From Elusimicrobiales bacterium (GTDB taxonomy: Bacteria > Elusimicrobiota > Elusimicrobia > Elusimicrobiales > UBA9959), in contig JBMFKQ010000007.1 of assembly GCA_049972095.1 (NCBI GenBank), positions 1-51,964 of the forward strand: 51,964 nt of DNA, written 5' to 3'. The position numbers and the translations under genes are program-made. Every line of letters starts with the position of its first letter. Within the stretch, counting starts at the first letter, position 1. The notes under the pieces are model-generated. The model ran no database searches and was not told where the DNA came from. It was given only the letters and a program-made list of their open reading frames with translations. Positions 9,822 to 19,539 of this stretch are shown here, in pieces.

Positions 9822-11060
9822 ATATCTTAAAAATGGTATCAAAAGCATACCGGGAATTGTGAGTAGGCATACAAGGATAAAAAAAGAAGGATAACCCATC
9901 ATTAATTGAAGTTTTCCACTCAGCATCCCAGGTACCATAAGACCCATCGCCATTATACTTGTTGAAACAGCAAAGTGTGTTGTCTTATATCTTTCCCCTG
10001 TTTGCTGTATAAGATAATACATAAATGCAGTTGTCCCAAGACCATAGCCAAATTGTTCAAAAGAAACAAGTATGTAGATGTAGTAAATAGAAAGTGTGTT
10101 ATGATATGCCATATAGACATAAACAAGATCAGGAAGATTTAAAAACAAAGCCATTGGCCAGATAGATTTTTTAAGTCCCCATTTTGCAATTATCACACCA
10201 CCAATTATATTTCCAATTATGAGAAAAATAAGTCCGAATGTTCCATAAACCGTTCCATATTGAGATGTTGAAAGCCCAAGCCCTCCTTTTGAGTAAGGAT
10301 CAAGCATAAAAAGAGGAGCAATCCTAAGAAGCATCGCCTCCCCAAAGCGATAAAATATTATAAATAGAACTGTAATAAATATCTTATCCTGTTTGAAGTA
10401 ACTTGCAACGGCATCAAGAAGATCCTTCCAGCTAAATTCCTTCGAGGGTTTGTCAATCTCGGGAAATGGAAGAATATATGCATGATATAAAAATAGAACA
10501 GCAAGAATAAGTGAAACAATCATAAAGACAATCCTCCAGGCTGATGCAACTGAACTTATAGATTCAAGTCTCCCAGCATATATTATAAGAACACTTGATG
10601 AAAAAAGCATTGCAAGACGATAAAAAAAAGCCCTTATACCTACAAAAAAGGCTTGTTTTTTTTCATCCATTGAAAGCATATAAAAACCATCAACAGCAAT
10701 ATCGTGTGTTGCAGATAAAAAGGCAACAGCCATAAACAAGATAAGAGTTATCGCAAGAAAGTATGAGCTTGAAACAAAGATAGAAGAAAAAAGAACAAAA
10801 GCTGCCATCAGCATCTGTGTATATATTATCCATTTCCTTTTTGTTCCAAAAACATCCACAACAGGCCCCCAAAGAAACTTTACAGTCCATGGCAGAAAAA
10901 GCCAGCTTGTAAGAAATGCTATTACATCATTCGAAACATTCATCTTTTTATAAAAAACAACTACCATTGTATTTACAAGAACATAGGGAAGCCCCTCGGC
11001 AAAGTAAGTGGTTGGTACATAAAACCACGGATTTATATTTTTTCTCCCCTCTATGATCAT
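9816..11060 (-). CDS. ampG: AmpG-family MFS muropeptide permease
   Basis: YFAEGLPY, LPWTVKFLWGPVVD and SATHDIAVDGFY motifs; about 12 TM segments. Confidence 0.8.
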   Translation of the reverse strand: MIIEGRKNINPWFYVPTTYFAEGLPYVLVNTMVVVFYKKMNVSNDVIAFLTSWLFLPWTVKFLWGPVVDVFGTKRKWIIYTQMLMAAFVLFSSIFVSSSYFLAITLILFMAVAFLSATHDIAVDGFYMLSMDEKKQAFFVGIRAFFYRLAMLFSSSVLIIYAGRLESISSVASAWRIVFMIVSLILAVLFLYHAYILPFPEIDKPSKEFSWKDLLDAVASYFKQDKIFITVLFIIFYRFGEAMLLRIAPLFMLDPYSKGGLGLSTSQYGTVYGTFGLIFLIIGNIIGGVIIAKWGLKKSIWPMALFLNLPDLVYVYMAYHNTLSIYYIYILVSFEQFGYGLGTTAFMYYLIQQTGERYKTTHFAVSTSIMAMGLMVPGMLSGKLQLMMGYPSFFILVCLLTIPGMLLIPFLRYK

Positions 11061-11087
11061 GCTTTCCTCCTAATGATCATATGAATT

Positions 11088-12002
11088 TTAAAAGAAAATT
11101 TTTAATATGTATGAATATAGCCAATAAACAACAAAATATGCAAGAGTTGTAAAAAAAATTGAACCAGAGACTACATCTAACTCAAGCTCAAAATCCCTTG
11201 CAACAACATAACATGCAACAGCAAGAGGCATTGTATATAGAAGAAAGCTTATAGCAGAATTAATATTATAATATCCAAGAAGATATATCACCAGAAATGC
11301 AACAAAGGGTAAAACAAAGGCTTTAAAGAAAAAAATGATTATAACCTTTTTTATATATGAGAGATTTAGTTTCTTACCATAAAGTGATACGCCAATTAGA
11401 AAAATAGAAAGTGGGAGAGTTGTTTTCGAGATTTGTTCAAAAAGCAGATTTATATATTGAGGAAGTTTTAAAGAAAAAAGATTAAAGGAAAAACCAGCAA
11501 GTGTTGAAAGAAATATTGGATTTAAAAGAGATTTTTTTATACCTATCACAATATATGAATCTTCATAACATATACTGTTTAAAAAAAATACTCCAAAACT
11601 GAATATAACAATGTTTTGAATTGCAACAGATACAGCAGCATAAGCAATTGCTCTCTCACCGTAGGTAAAACCTACAAGATTGAATCCAAGATAAACAAGA
11701 TTTCCAAGGGTAGATGCTATTATAAGAGTTCTGGCAAATGATGGGGTAAAAAGTGAAAAACGATAAAAAATATATACCAAAATATAGATAAAAAGAATTG
11801 GGATAGAGTTTATCAAAATAATATTCAGTCCTGCTCCTACAATCTTGCTTGAAAATATCTTCAAAAAAATTGTAATTGGAAGGGCAATATAATAAAGATA
11901 ATCATTTAATGCTTTATCAAAGCTTTTTCTTTCTTTATAAAAGTAAGCAAAAATATATCCACTTAAAATGCCAAGAAATATTACTACAAAAGGCTCAACC
12001 AT
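11088..12002 (-). CDS. AEC (auxin efflux carrier) family transporter
   Basis: YYIALPITIF, GNLVYLG, NPIFLS, TLPLSIFLIG, MPLAV; ATG at 12002 preferred over TTG at 12017. Confidence 0.85.
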   Translation of the reverse strand: MVEPFVVIFLGILSGYIFAYFYKERKSFDKALNDYLYYIALPITIFLKIFSSKIVGAGLNIILINSIPILFIYILVYIFYRFSLFTPSFARTLIIASTLGNLVYLGFNLVGFTYGERAIAYAAVSVAIQNIVIFSFGVFFLNSICYEDSYIVIGIKKSLLNPIFLSTLAGFSFNLFSLKLPQYINLLFEQISKTTLPLSIFLIGVSLYGKKLNLSYIKKVIIIFFFKAFVLPFVAFLVIYLLGYYNINSAISFLLYTMPLAVACYVVARDFELELDVVSGSIFFTTLAYFVVYWLYSYILKIFF

Positions 12003-12093
12003 AAAAAATAAAAACAAGAATCTGTGCTGTAATAGTCAATGCGAAGAGTGTTGATGCAATAAGACTAGATATAATTAAATTAAAAACTTTCAC
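11995..12093 (-). CDS. Possible 32-aa single-TM small protein (MKVFNLIISSLIASTLFALTITAQILVFIFYG)
   Basis: GTG..TGA frame fills the intergenic gap and overlaps the AEC start; uniformly hydrophobic; below the ORF-track cutoff. Confidence 0.3.
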   Translation of the reverse strand: MKVFNLIISSLIASTLFALTITAQILVFIFYG

Positions 12094-12119
12094 AATTAAA
12101 TTTTATAAAATTTCAAAGA

Positions 12120-13838
12120 TTACTTACTTTTGTATTCGCTGTATATTCTAGTATAAAGAGAATCTAATAATATTAACTCACCGTGACTTCCACACTCAAG
12201 AGTTTTTCCTTTTTCAAGAACATATATTCTATCAGCTTTTTCAAGAAGGGAGGTTCTATGTGTAGTAAAAATAAGAGTAAGATTCATTTTTTCAAGCTCA
12301 TCCCATATTTGATTTTCTGTTTTCACATCTATTTGATTTGTTGCATCATCAAGAATAAGAAGCTTTGGTTTTTTTAGAATTGCTCTTGCAAGGGCTATTC
12401 TCTGTTTTTGCCCACCTGAAAGCATCCAGCCCTTTGTGCCTGTAATGGTATATATGTCCTTTTTCATACTTAATAAATCTTTGTCAAGCCCAACGACTTC
12501 AACAACCCTTTTAACATCTTCTTGTGAATAATTATGATACATTGTTATATTGTTATATATTGTGTCAGAGAGAATTAAAGATTCCTGTGGGACATAACCA
12601 ATTATTGAATAATAAGAATTGATATCATAAAAGCAAGCATCATAACCATTTATCTCAAAAATCCCTTCATCATAAGGAATTAACCTGGCTATTATTTTAA
12701 GAAGGGTTGATTTGGAGCTTCCAACCTTTCCAACAATAGCAATTTTTTCACCACGCCTTACCTCGATTCTTACACCATCAATTATCCTTTTTTCACCTAT
12801 TGAAAATTTAAGATTCTCAATCCTTAAATACTCAAACTCCTCAATTTTTTTTGTGGGATGTTTTACAGTAAGAGATGGTTTAAAGATTAAAATTTCGTTA
12901 ACTCTCTGAGCACTTGCTCCTGCTCTTTTTGATGAGATGAAAAATTGACTTACATCAGAAAATGGCCATATTATCATAAAAACATAAACCTGAAATGAGA
13001 CGAGATCCCCCACAGTCATCTTGCCATTTATCACTTCAATACCACCAAAAACATAAACAAGAAATACTCCAAGCGTTGATGAAAAGAAGAATATATAGTA
13101 AGCAAGGGCCTGAAGTCTTTCTGCATTTATTGATTTTTCCATCTGTTTATTCGTAATCTCCTCAAATTTTTTCGAAAACATCTTTTCCTTCATATTAGCT
13201 CTTATGAGTTTTATTCCACCGAAACTTGTTTCAAGATACTCATAAACCTGAGAAATACTTTTTTGAAGCTCATCATATCTTTTAGTAAGTTTATGACCAA
13301 GTTTTGTTATAACAAAAACCATAATCGGCATTGGGGAGAGAGCAACAAAACTGAGCATTGGATTTATATAAAACATCACAGAGATAACAGCAATCAGTGT
13401 AAAAACTGCCTGAACAAATCTAAAAACCCCAGAACATGAAAACCATGCAATCTTTTCAGATATATCATCTATAAGCCTTGTTATGATATCACCTTGAGAA
13501 AACCTATAAAAAAAGAATTCATCAAGTTTTAATATATGCAAAAAAGTTTTCTTTCTTATCTCATATTCTATGCGATAGTTCATATAGGCTCTGTTTCTCT
13601 GAGCAAAAAGATTTATGATAAAGCTTGCAAAACCAAGGATAAGAAGCACAAATACATTTTTAATTACATAGTCCCTGGTCATTGAAAATTCAAACCCATT
13701 TATTATCTTTTTTATGTAAAATGGCATTGCAGCCTGAATATATGCAGAAATTATACCAAGAATCACTATGAAAAGCATTCTATATCTGTGCTTAAACCAA
13801 TATTCTGAAAGCCATTTTAAAAGTCTTCTTATACTCAT
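12120..13838 (-). CDS. Heterodimeric ABC exporter subunit (TMD+NBD, degenerate site)
   Basis: N-terminal TMD; GKVGSSKST, LSGGQKQR, LILDDAT. Confidence 0.9.
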   Translation of the reverse strand: MSIRRLLKWLSEYWFKHRYRMLFIVILGIISAYIQAAMPFYIKKIINGFEFSMTRDYVIKNVFVLLILGFASFIINLFAQRNRAYMNYRIEYEIRKKTFLHILKLDEFFFYRFSQGDIITRLIDDISEKIAWFSCSGVFRFVQAVFTLIAVISVMFYINPMLSFVALSPMPIMVFVITKLGHKLTKRYDELQKSISQVYEYLETSFGGIKLIRANMKEKMFSKKFEEITNKQMEKSINAERLQALAYYIFFFSSTLGVFLVYVFGGIEVINGKMTVGDLVSFQVYVFMIIWPFSDVSQFFISSKRAGASAQRVNEILIFKPSLTVKHPTKKIEEFEYLRIENLKFSIGEKRIIDGVRIEVRRGEKIAIVGKVGSSKSTLLKIIARLIPYDEGIFEINGYDACFYDINSYYSIIGYVPQESLILSDTIYNNITMYHNYSQEDVKRVVEVVGLDKDLLSMKKDIYTITGTKGWMLSGGQKQRIALARAILKKPKLLILDDATNQIDVKTENQIWDELEKMNLTLIFTTHRTSLLEKADRIYVLEKGKTLECGSHGELILLDSLYTRIYSEYKSK

Positions 13839-13841
13839 AAA

Positions 13842-15590
13842 CTAATAATTAAGCCTAAAATAACTATAGTATTCCTTTCTTAATGATAAAAGCTCATTAT
13901 GGTTTCCAAACTCAACAAATCTTCCATCCTTTAAAAAACCTATAAAATCAGCATTAACAATGGTTGAAAGTCTGTGAGCTATTATTATCAAAGTTTTTTG
14001 TTTCATTATCTTTCTAATTGCATTTGTTATTATCGTTTCAGTGTATGGATCTACATTGGATGTAGCTTCATCAAGTATTATAAGCTCCTGATCAAGAATA
14101 AGAGTTCTTGTAAGAGATATTATCTGCTTTTCCCCGGCCGAAAGATTCGCTCCCTTTTCCTTTATCTCCATATCAAGAGAATATTTCTTGTAGAAGTCTT
14201 CAAGCTCAAGCATTTTTATAGCATACATTATCTTGCTATCATCTATCTCCTCATCCATAAATCTTAGATTATCCCTAAGTGTTGTTGGAAAAAGATAGAT
14301 ATCCTGCTGAACAAACCCTATCTTTTTTCTCAAGGAGTTTATATTAATATCTCTAAGTTCTTGCCCATTAACTGATATACTTCCCTTTTGATAATCGTAA
14401 AAACGAAATATTATATTTGCTATCGTGCTTTTCCCCTCACCTGTTCTTCCAACCACTGCAAGAGTTTTTCCTCTTTCAAGTCTGAAGGAAAGTCCTCTTA
14501 ATACCCAATCACTTTGAGGATATTTCATCCACACATCTTTAAATTCTATGAAATCAAATCTATCAATAAATCTACTTCCGCTAGAAATCTGCGGCTTTAT
14601 ATCAAAGATTCTATTAATTCTTTCAAGTGAAGCAAATGATCTTTGAATCACACTAACATAATCAGAAAATCTAAATAGTGGCTCAAAAAGCTGCCCAATA
14701 TAGAGGACAAACATCACCACACTTCCAACTGTCATTTCATGATTTAAAACCTTTATTCCACCATAACCAAATATCGTTGCCTTTGAAACGGGATCAAAAA
14801 GCATAATGGTTAGAAAGAGAAATATAGCAATATACTCCATCGTTAGAGTCTTTAAAAACTTTTCAAAATTAACCTTTTCAAACCTATCCTCAATACTTTT
14901 TTGAGCACCATGTATTCTAATGATAGACATAAGTCCAATCATTTCTGAAACATAGGACGTAAGCTCAGCAATTTTCTTTCTAACCTCAACAAATACATTT
15001 TGACTTTTTTTAACAAAAACAGCTATAAATACCAAAATCAGAAGGATAAAAGGAAATATAACTATTGTAAGCTCATTGTTATGATAGTACATTATTAAAA
15101 AAATAATCAGAAGTGTTATAGCATCTATAAAGATTGTGATAGAAAACTCACTAAATATCTCATAAACTGAGTTTGCATCATTCTGAATCCTTGCTGCAAT
15201 TTTCCCGGGATTATTTTGAGAAAAATAATCCATATCAAAGTTAGATACATAAGAATAAGCCTTGTTTTTTATCTCATAAACTATTCTCTGTCCAGTTTTC
15301 ATAAGAATAAACAAGGCGTAATAGTTTATAATAAAGAAGGTAATATTTATAAACAAAAATATAACAGCTCCCAATATTACATAATGTGGAGTTGAAAGTC
15401 TTAAGGCAAAATCTATAATATGTTTGACTATAAGGGGAGACGAGCTTCTCAAAAAGGTTGCCAGAGTAAAAAGAAAAAGTAGTTTTAGAAACACAAATCT
15501 GTAAGGATGGATGAGCTTTTTAAGAAACATTAAATTTCTTCTATAGTTTATCTTCTCTTTAACAGAGCCATTATATATGAGATCCATCAT
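13842..15590 (-). CDS. Heterodimeric ABC exporter subunit (TMD+NBD)
   Basis: TMD; GRTGEGKST, LSAGEKQ, ILDEATS, IAHRLST. Confidence 0.9.
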   Translation of the reverse strand: MMDLIYNGSVKEKINYRRNLMFLKKLIHPYRFVFLKLLFLFTLATFLRSSSPLIVKHIIDFALRLSTPHYVILGAVIFLFINITFFIINYYALFILMKTGQRIVYEIKNKAYSYVSNFDMDYFSQNNPGKIAARIQNDANSVYEIFSEFSITIFIDAITLLIIFLIMYYHNNELTIVIFPFILLILVFIAVFVKKSQNVFVEVRKKIAELTSYVSEMIGLMSIIRIHGAQKSIEDRFEKVNFEKFLKTLTMEYIAIFLFLTIMLFDPVSKATIFGYGGIKVLNHEMTVGSVVMFVLYIGQLFEPLFRFSDYVSVIQRSFASLERINRIFDIKPQISSGSRFIDRFDFIEFKDVWMKYPQSDWVLRGLSFRLERGKTLAVVGRTGEGKSTIANIIFRFYDYQKGSISVNGQELRDININSLRKKIGFVQQDIYLFPTTLRDNLRFMDEEIDDSKIMYAIKMLELEDFYKKYSLDMEIKEKGANLSAGEKQIISLTRTLILDQELIILDEATSNVDPYTETIITNAIRKIMKQKTLIIIAHRLSTIVNADFIGFLKDGRFVEFGNHNELLSLRKEYYSYFRLNY

Positions 15591-15703
15591 AAGATTATTC
15601 TATTAAAATCAAAAAATAACAAGAGAAAACAAAGATTTTAACTTCATGCTTCCATAAAAAAATGTTTAAAAGAAACTCAATATGGTTAGCAAAAATATGG
15701 CTT

Positions 15704-16240
15704 TTAGTTTACAAAGTTATAACCCTTTTCTATAGCACTTTTATTTGTCTCTATTACATCAGCCTTTAGTTTTTTATAGACACTTGGAAGTGCCTTAACA
15801 AGCAGCTCCTTTTTAACAGCCCCAGTTACTTTTGAAACCACACCAAGCGCTATCATATTTATCACCTTTGCATTTCCAAGTTCATCGGCAATGGAATTTA
15901 AAGGAACCTCAATGATTCTTATGTCAGTCCTTTTTGATTTTGATTTCACCAAAGAAGAATTAACAACAAGTATGCCCCCTTTTTTCACAGAAGGCTCAAA
16001 TTTTGCAAAAGATGGCTCATTAAAAACAACAGCAACATCAGGTGATGTTACAATAGGGCTTGCAACCTCATCGTCTGATATAACAACAGAGCAGTTTGCT
16101 GTTCCACCACGCATTTCAGCACCATATGAAGGGAAAAAACTCACATTTTTCCCATCAAACATTCCAGCATAAGCAAGAAGAACTCCAGCAGAAATTACAC
16201 CCTGACCTCCAAAACCACTTAACCTTGCTCCTAAATACAT
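15704..16240 (-). CDS. 2-oxoacid:ferredoxin oxidoreductase gamma subunit
   Basis: SGFGGQGV, PSYGAEMRGGTANC, NMIALG. Confidence 0.92.
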   Translation of the reverse strand: MYLGARLSGFGGQGVISAGVLLAYAGMFDGKNVSFFPSYGAEMRGGTANCSVVISDDEVASPIVTSPDVAVVFNEPSFAKFEPSVKKGGILVVNSSLVKSKSKRTDIRIIEVPLNSIADELGNAKVINMIALGVVSKVTGAVKKELLVKALPSVYKKLKADVIETNKSAIEKGYNFVN

Positions 16241-16253
16241 AAAACCTCCTTCC

Positions 16254-17000
16254 TTATTTTACATCCTTATAAACCCCAGGTGGAAATACTTTTATCATAT
16301 ATTGCTCAATATATTTTGTGGCTTCAGATGGATTGTCAGCTTTTACCCCCCAGTTTGTTGGGCACATTGAAAGAATCTCAACGATTGAAAAACCAACACC
16401 TTCTATCTGATTTTGAAATGCCTTTTTTATAGCATTTTTTGTTTTTATAACACCACTAACATTATGAACCGTGGTCCTTTCGGCATATCTTGTGCCTTCA
16501 ACCACGGATAGAATCTCACAAACCTTTATAGGATATCCATTTACCTTTGGATCCCTTCCTGAAGTGGTAGTTGTTGATCTTTGACCTATAAGAGTTGTTG
16601 GTGCCATCTGGCCACCTGTCATTCCATATATAGCATTGTTTATAAATATAATCGTTATATTTTCATTTCTTGCTGCGGCATGAACTATCTCAGCCATACC
16701 TATTGAAGCAAGATCACCATCTCCCTGATATGAAAAAACTATTGTATTTGGGTTTGCCCTTTTTATTCCAGTAGCTATTGCAGGGCCTCTACCATGTGCA
16801 CCTTGTATGGTATCACAGTTAAAATATTGATCAGCGAACACAGCACATCCAACAGGGGCAATACATATCGTTCTGTTTCTAATTCCAAGCTCATCAATAA
16901 CCTCAGCAATGATCCTGTGAACAATACCATGTCCACAGCCCGGACAGTAATGCATCTTCACATCTAAAAGTGATTGTGGTTTTTTATTTAATAGTTGCAT
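16254..17000 (-). CDS. 2-oxoacid:ferredoxin oxidoreductase beta (TPP-binding) subunit
   Basis: HYCPGCGHG, QGDGDLASIG, NNAIYGMTGGQMAPT. Confidence 0.92.
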   Translation of the reverse strand: MQLLNKKPQSLLDVKMHYCPGCGHGIVHRIIAEVIDELGIRNRTICIAPVGCAVFADQYFNCDTIQGAHGRGPAIATGIKRANPNTIVFSYQGDGDLASIGMAEIVHAAARNENITIIFINNAIYGMTGGQMAPTTLIGQRSTTTTSGRDPKVNGYPIKVCEILSVVEGTRYAERTTVHNVSGVIKTKNAIKKAFQNQIEGVGFSIVEILSMCPTNWGVKADNPSEATKYIEQYMIKVFPPGVYKDVK

Positions 17001-18066
17001 AGTTCTTTACTCCTTCTTTAACTATTTTATTAACAGAATCTATAATCTCTTCAGGTGATATAATTGAACCACCTGGTCGTGCATGTAAATGCACATTAGC
17101 CCTACCATCAACCGCAAGTCTTACATCCTCAACCATCTGACCCAACGACATCTCAACAACAAGGATATTCTTTATCCTTTCCGAAATCTCGAATAATCTT
17201 TTCTTTGGAAATGGCCAAAGTGTTATTGGTCTAAAAAACCCTGCTTTTATTCCCTTCTCCCTTGCCATTTTAATGGCGGAGAGTGAAACCCTTGCGCTTG
17301 TTCCGTAAGCAACAAGGAGTATCTCAGCATCATCAGTCATCTTCTCTTGCCACATAACCTCTTTTTCCTCAATCTCACGGTATCTTTTCGCTCTTTCAAT
17401 AATCATTTTTTCAAGCATACCTTCTCTTAAATCATATGATGTAATTCTTCTACTCTTTCTTCCGTTATTAACCCCTATTGCCCAGTCTGGTTGAGGCAAC
17501 CTTGAAGGGTCAATCTCGGGGGTTTTCCATTCAATTGACTCCATCATCTGACCTATAATACCATCTGCAAGAATCATAGCAGGAACTCTATATTTATATG
17601 CTACCTCATAGCAGTGATATGGAAAATCAGCCATCTCCTGAACTCCATTTGGTGCCATAACAAAAACCCTGTAATCACCATGTCCCCCACCCCTTGTTGC
17701 CTGAAAATAATCACCCTGACTACCTGCAATATTTCCAAGTCCAGGTCCCCCTCTCATAACATTTGCAACAAGAAAAGGAAGATCTGCTCCAGCACAGTAG
17801 GATATTCCTTCCTGCTTTAAGCTTATCCCAGGACTTGATGAACTTGTCATTGATCTAACACCAGTAGCAGCTGCTCCAAATATCATATTTATTGCAGCAA
17901 CCTCTGACTCTGCCTGAACAAAAGAGCCACCAACCTGAGGAAGCCTCCATGACATATACTCAGGCACTTCATTTTGAGGGGTTATTGGATAACCCGCAAA
18001 AAACCTACACCCCGCTCTAACCGCTCCCTCACTAAGTGCTTCATTTCCTTTCATCAGTATCTTCAT
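16984..18066 (-). CDS. vorB: 2-oxoacid:ferredoxin oxidoreductase alpha subunit (VorB-type)
   Basis: MKGNEA, GYPITPQ, QAESEVAA, TSSSSPGISLKQE; ATG at 18066 after GAGGAGG. Confidence 0.88.
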   Translation of the reverse strand: MKILMKGNEALSEGAVRAGCRFFAGYPITPQNEVPEYMSWRLPQVGGSFVQAESEVAAINMIFGAAATGVRSMTSSSSPGISLKQEGISYCAGADLPFLVANVMRGGPGLGNIAGSQGDYFQATRGGGHGDYRVFVMAPNGVQEMADFPYHCYEVAYKYRVPAMILADGIIGQMMESIEWKTPEIDPSRLPQPDWAIGVNNGRKSRRITSYDLREGMLEKMIIERAKRYREIEEKEVMWQEKMTDDAEILLVAYGTSARVSLSAIKMAREKGIKAGFFRPITLWPFPKKRLFEISERIKNILVVEMSLGQMVEDVRLAVDGRANVHLHARPGGSIISPEEIIDSVNKIVKEGVKNYATIK

Positions 18067-18077
18067 ATCTATCCTCC

Positions 18078-18296
18078 TCATTCAACCTCATAGACAGATA
18101 TTGCAAGGTCAGGGCATATCCTTGCACAGCTTAAACATGCTATACATCCATCACCATTATATCTTGCAGGATAATATCCACTTTTTGAAAACTCATCTGA
18201 TTTTTCTATACATTTTTTGGGACATACCATAATACACAGATAACACCCCTTGCATCTTTCTACATCTATTTCTATCTTTCCTTTCTTTGGCATCAT
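18078..18296 (-). CDS. 2x[4Fe-4S] ferredoxin, delta subunit of the 2-oxoacid oxidoreductase
   Basis: CKGCYLC...CP and CIACLSC...CPD. Confidence 0.9.
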   Translation of the reverse strand: MMPKKGKIEIDVERCKGCYLCIMVCPKKCIEKSDEFSKSGYYPARYNGDGCIACLSCARICPDLAISVYEVE

Positions 18297-18325
18297 CTCC
18301 TCCTTAAATCCATTTTCTTAATCTA

Positions 18326-18354
18326 ATTATATAACTTTTTATACTAACTCACAA
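18326..18354 (-). promoter_or_regulatory. Sigma70-type promoter for the vor operon
   Basis: TTGTGA-N17-TATAAT on the minus strand, with the -35 inside the thiolase 3' end. Confidence 0.5.
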
Positions 18355-19520
18355 GCCAACGCAATCCCCATACCTCCACCTATACAAAGAGCTGCTATGC
18401 CTTTTTTAAGTCTTCTCTTTTTCATCTCATAAAGCAAAGTTACAGTTATTCTAGCTCCACTTGCGCCTATTGGATGTCCAAGAGCAATAGCACCACCATT
18501 GACATTTACAATATTAGGGTTAAGTCCAAGCTCTTTTATTACGGCGATAGATTGAACCGCAAAAGCCTCATTAAGCTCCCAGAGCTCAACATCCTCTTTT
18601 CTCCATCCAGCTTTTTGAAGGGTTAGCCTAACTGCCTCCACAGGACCAATGCCCATAACCGAAGGTTCAACACCATAACAGCCATAAGCCACTATTCTTG
18701 CCATTGGTTTTAGATTGTTTTTCTTAACTCCCTCCTCACTTGCAAGAAGCACTGCTGCTGCTCCATCATTTATGCCACTTGCATTTCCAGCGGTAACCGT
18801 TCCATCCTTTTTAAAAGCAGGCTTTAAAGCAGATAGCTTTTCAATTGTTGTGCCAAACCTTGGATGCTCATCTGTATCAAACACAATAACATCACCCTTC
18901 TTCTGATGTATTTCAATAGGCACTATTTCATCCTTAAATCTTGCTTCTTTTATCGCTTTTTCAGCACGATTCTGGGACATTACAGCAAACTCATCCTGTT
19001 CCCTTCTTGATATATTGTATTTCTCAGCAAGATTTTCTGCAGTTATTCCCATATGATAGTTATTGAATATATCCCATAAACCATCATATATCATTAAATC
19101 AATAAGTTCACCGTTGCCCATTTTATAACCCCATCTTGCATTTTTTACAGCATAGGGTGCATTAGACATTGACTCTGTGCCACCTGCTATTATCATTTTA
19201 GCCTCATGTGCTCTAATTAAGGAATAAGCAAGTGCAATACTTCTAAGCCCTGAACCACAGACCATATTTACAGTCATTGCAGTTTTTTCCTTAGGTATAC
19301 CACTATTTAGCTGAATCTGCCTTGCCACATTCATACCATTTCCTGACTGCAATACATTACCAAATATTACCTCATCAATCTCATTAACATCAATTTTGTT
19401 TTTCTCAATAATTTTTTTTACTACAATCTCCCCAAGTTTTGTAGCTGAAAAATCCTTTAAACTCCCCCCAAAAGAACCTATCGGAGTTCTCAATCCATCA
19501 ACTATATAAACATTTTCATG
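18339..19520 (-). CDS. Acetyl-CoA C-acetyltransferase (thiolase)
   Basis: NMVCGSG, NEAFA, GHPIGASG, CIGGGMG; the ATG (MHENV) reads at 19520-19518 in my count, while the ORF track gives 19523. Confidence 0.93.
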   Translation of the reverse strand, partial: HENVYIVDGLRTPIGSFGGSLKDFSATKLGEIVVKKIIEKNKIDVNEIDEVIFGNVLQSGNGMNVARQIQLNSGIPKEKTAMTVNMVCGSGLRSIALAYSLIRAHEAKMIIAGGTESMSNAPYAVKNARWGYKMGNGELIDLMIYDGLWDIFNNYHMGITAENLAEKYNISRREQDEFAVMSQNRAEKAIKEARFKDEIVPIEIHQKKGDVIVFDTDEHPRFGTTIEKLSALKPAFKKDGTVTAGNASGINDGAAAVLLASEEGVKKNNLKPMARIVAYGCYGVEPSVMGIGPVEAVRLTLQKAGWRKEDVELWELNEAFAVQSIAVIKELGLNPNIVNVNGGAIALGHPIGASGARITVTLLYEMKKRRLKKGIAALCIGGGMGIALACELV

Positions 19521-19539
19521 CATATATCCCCCTTAATAT

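Noticed and set aside
12120..13838. Degenerate Walker A/B as a sign of pseudogenisation
   Set aside because: One degenerate ATP site is normal in heterodimeric ABC exporters
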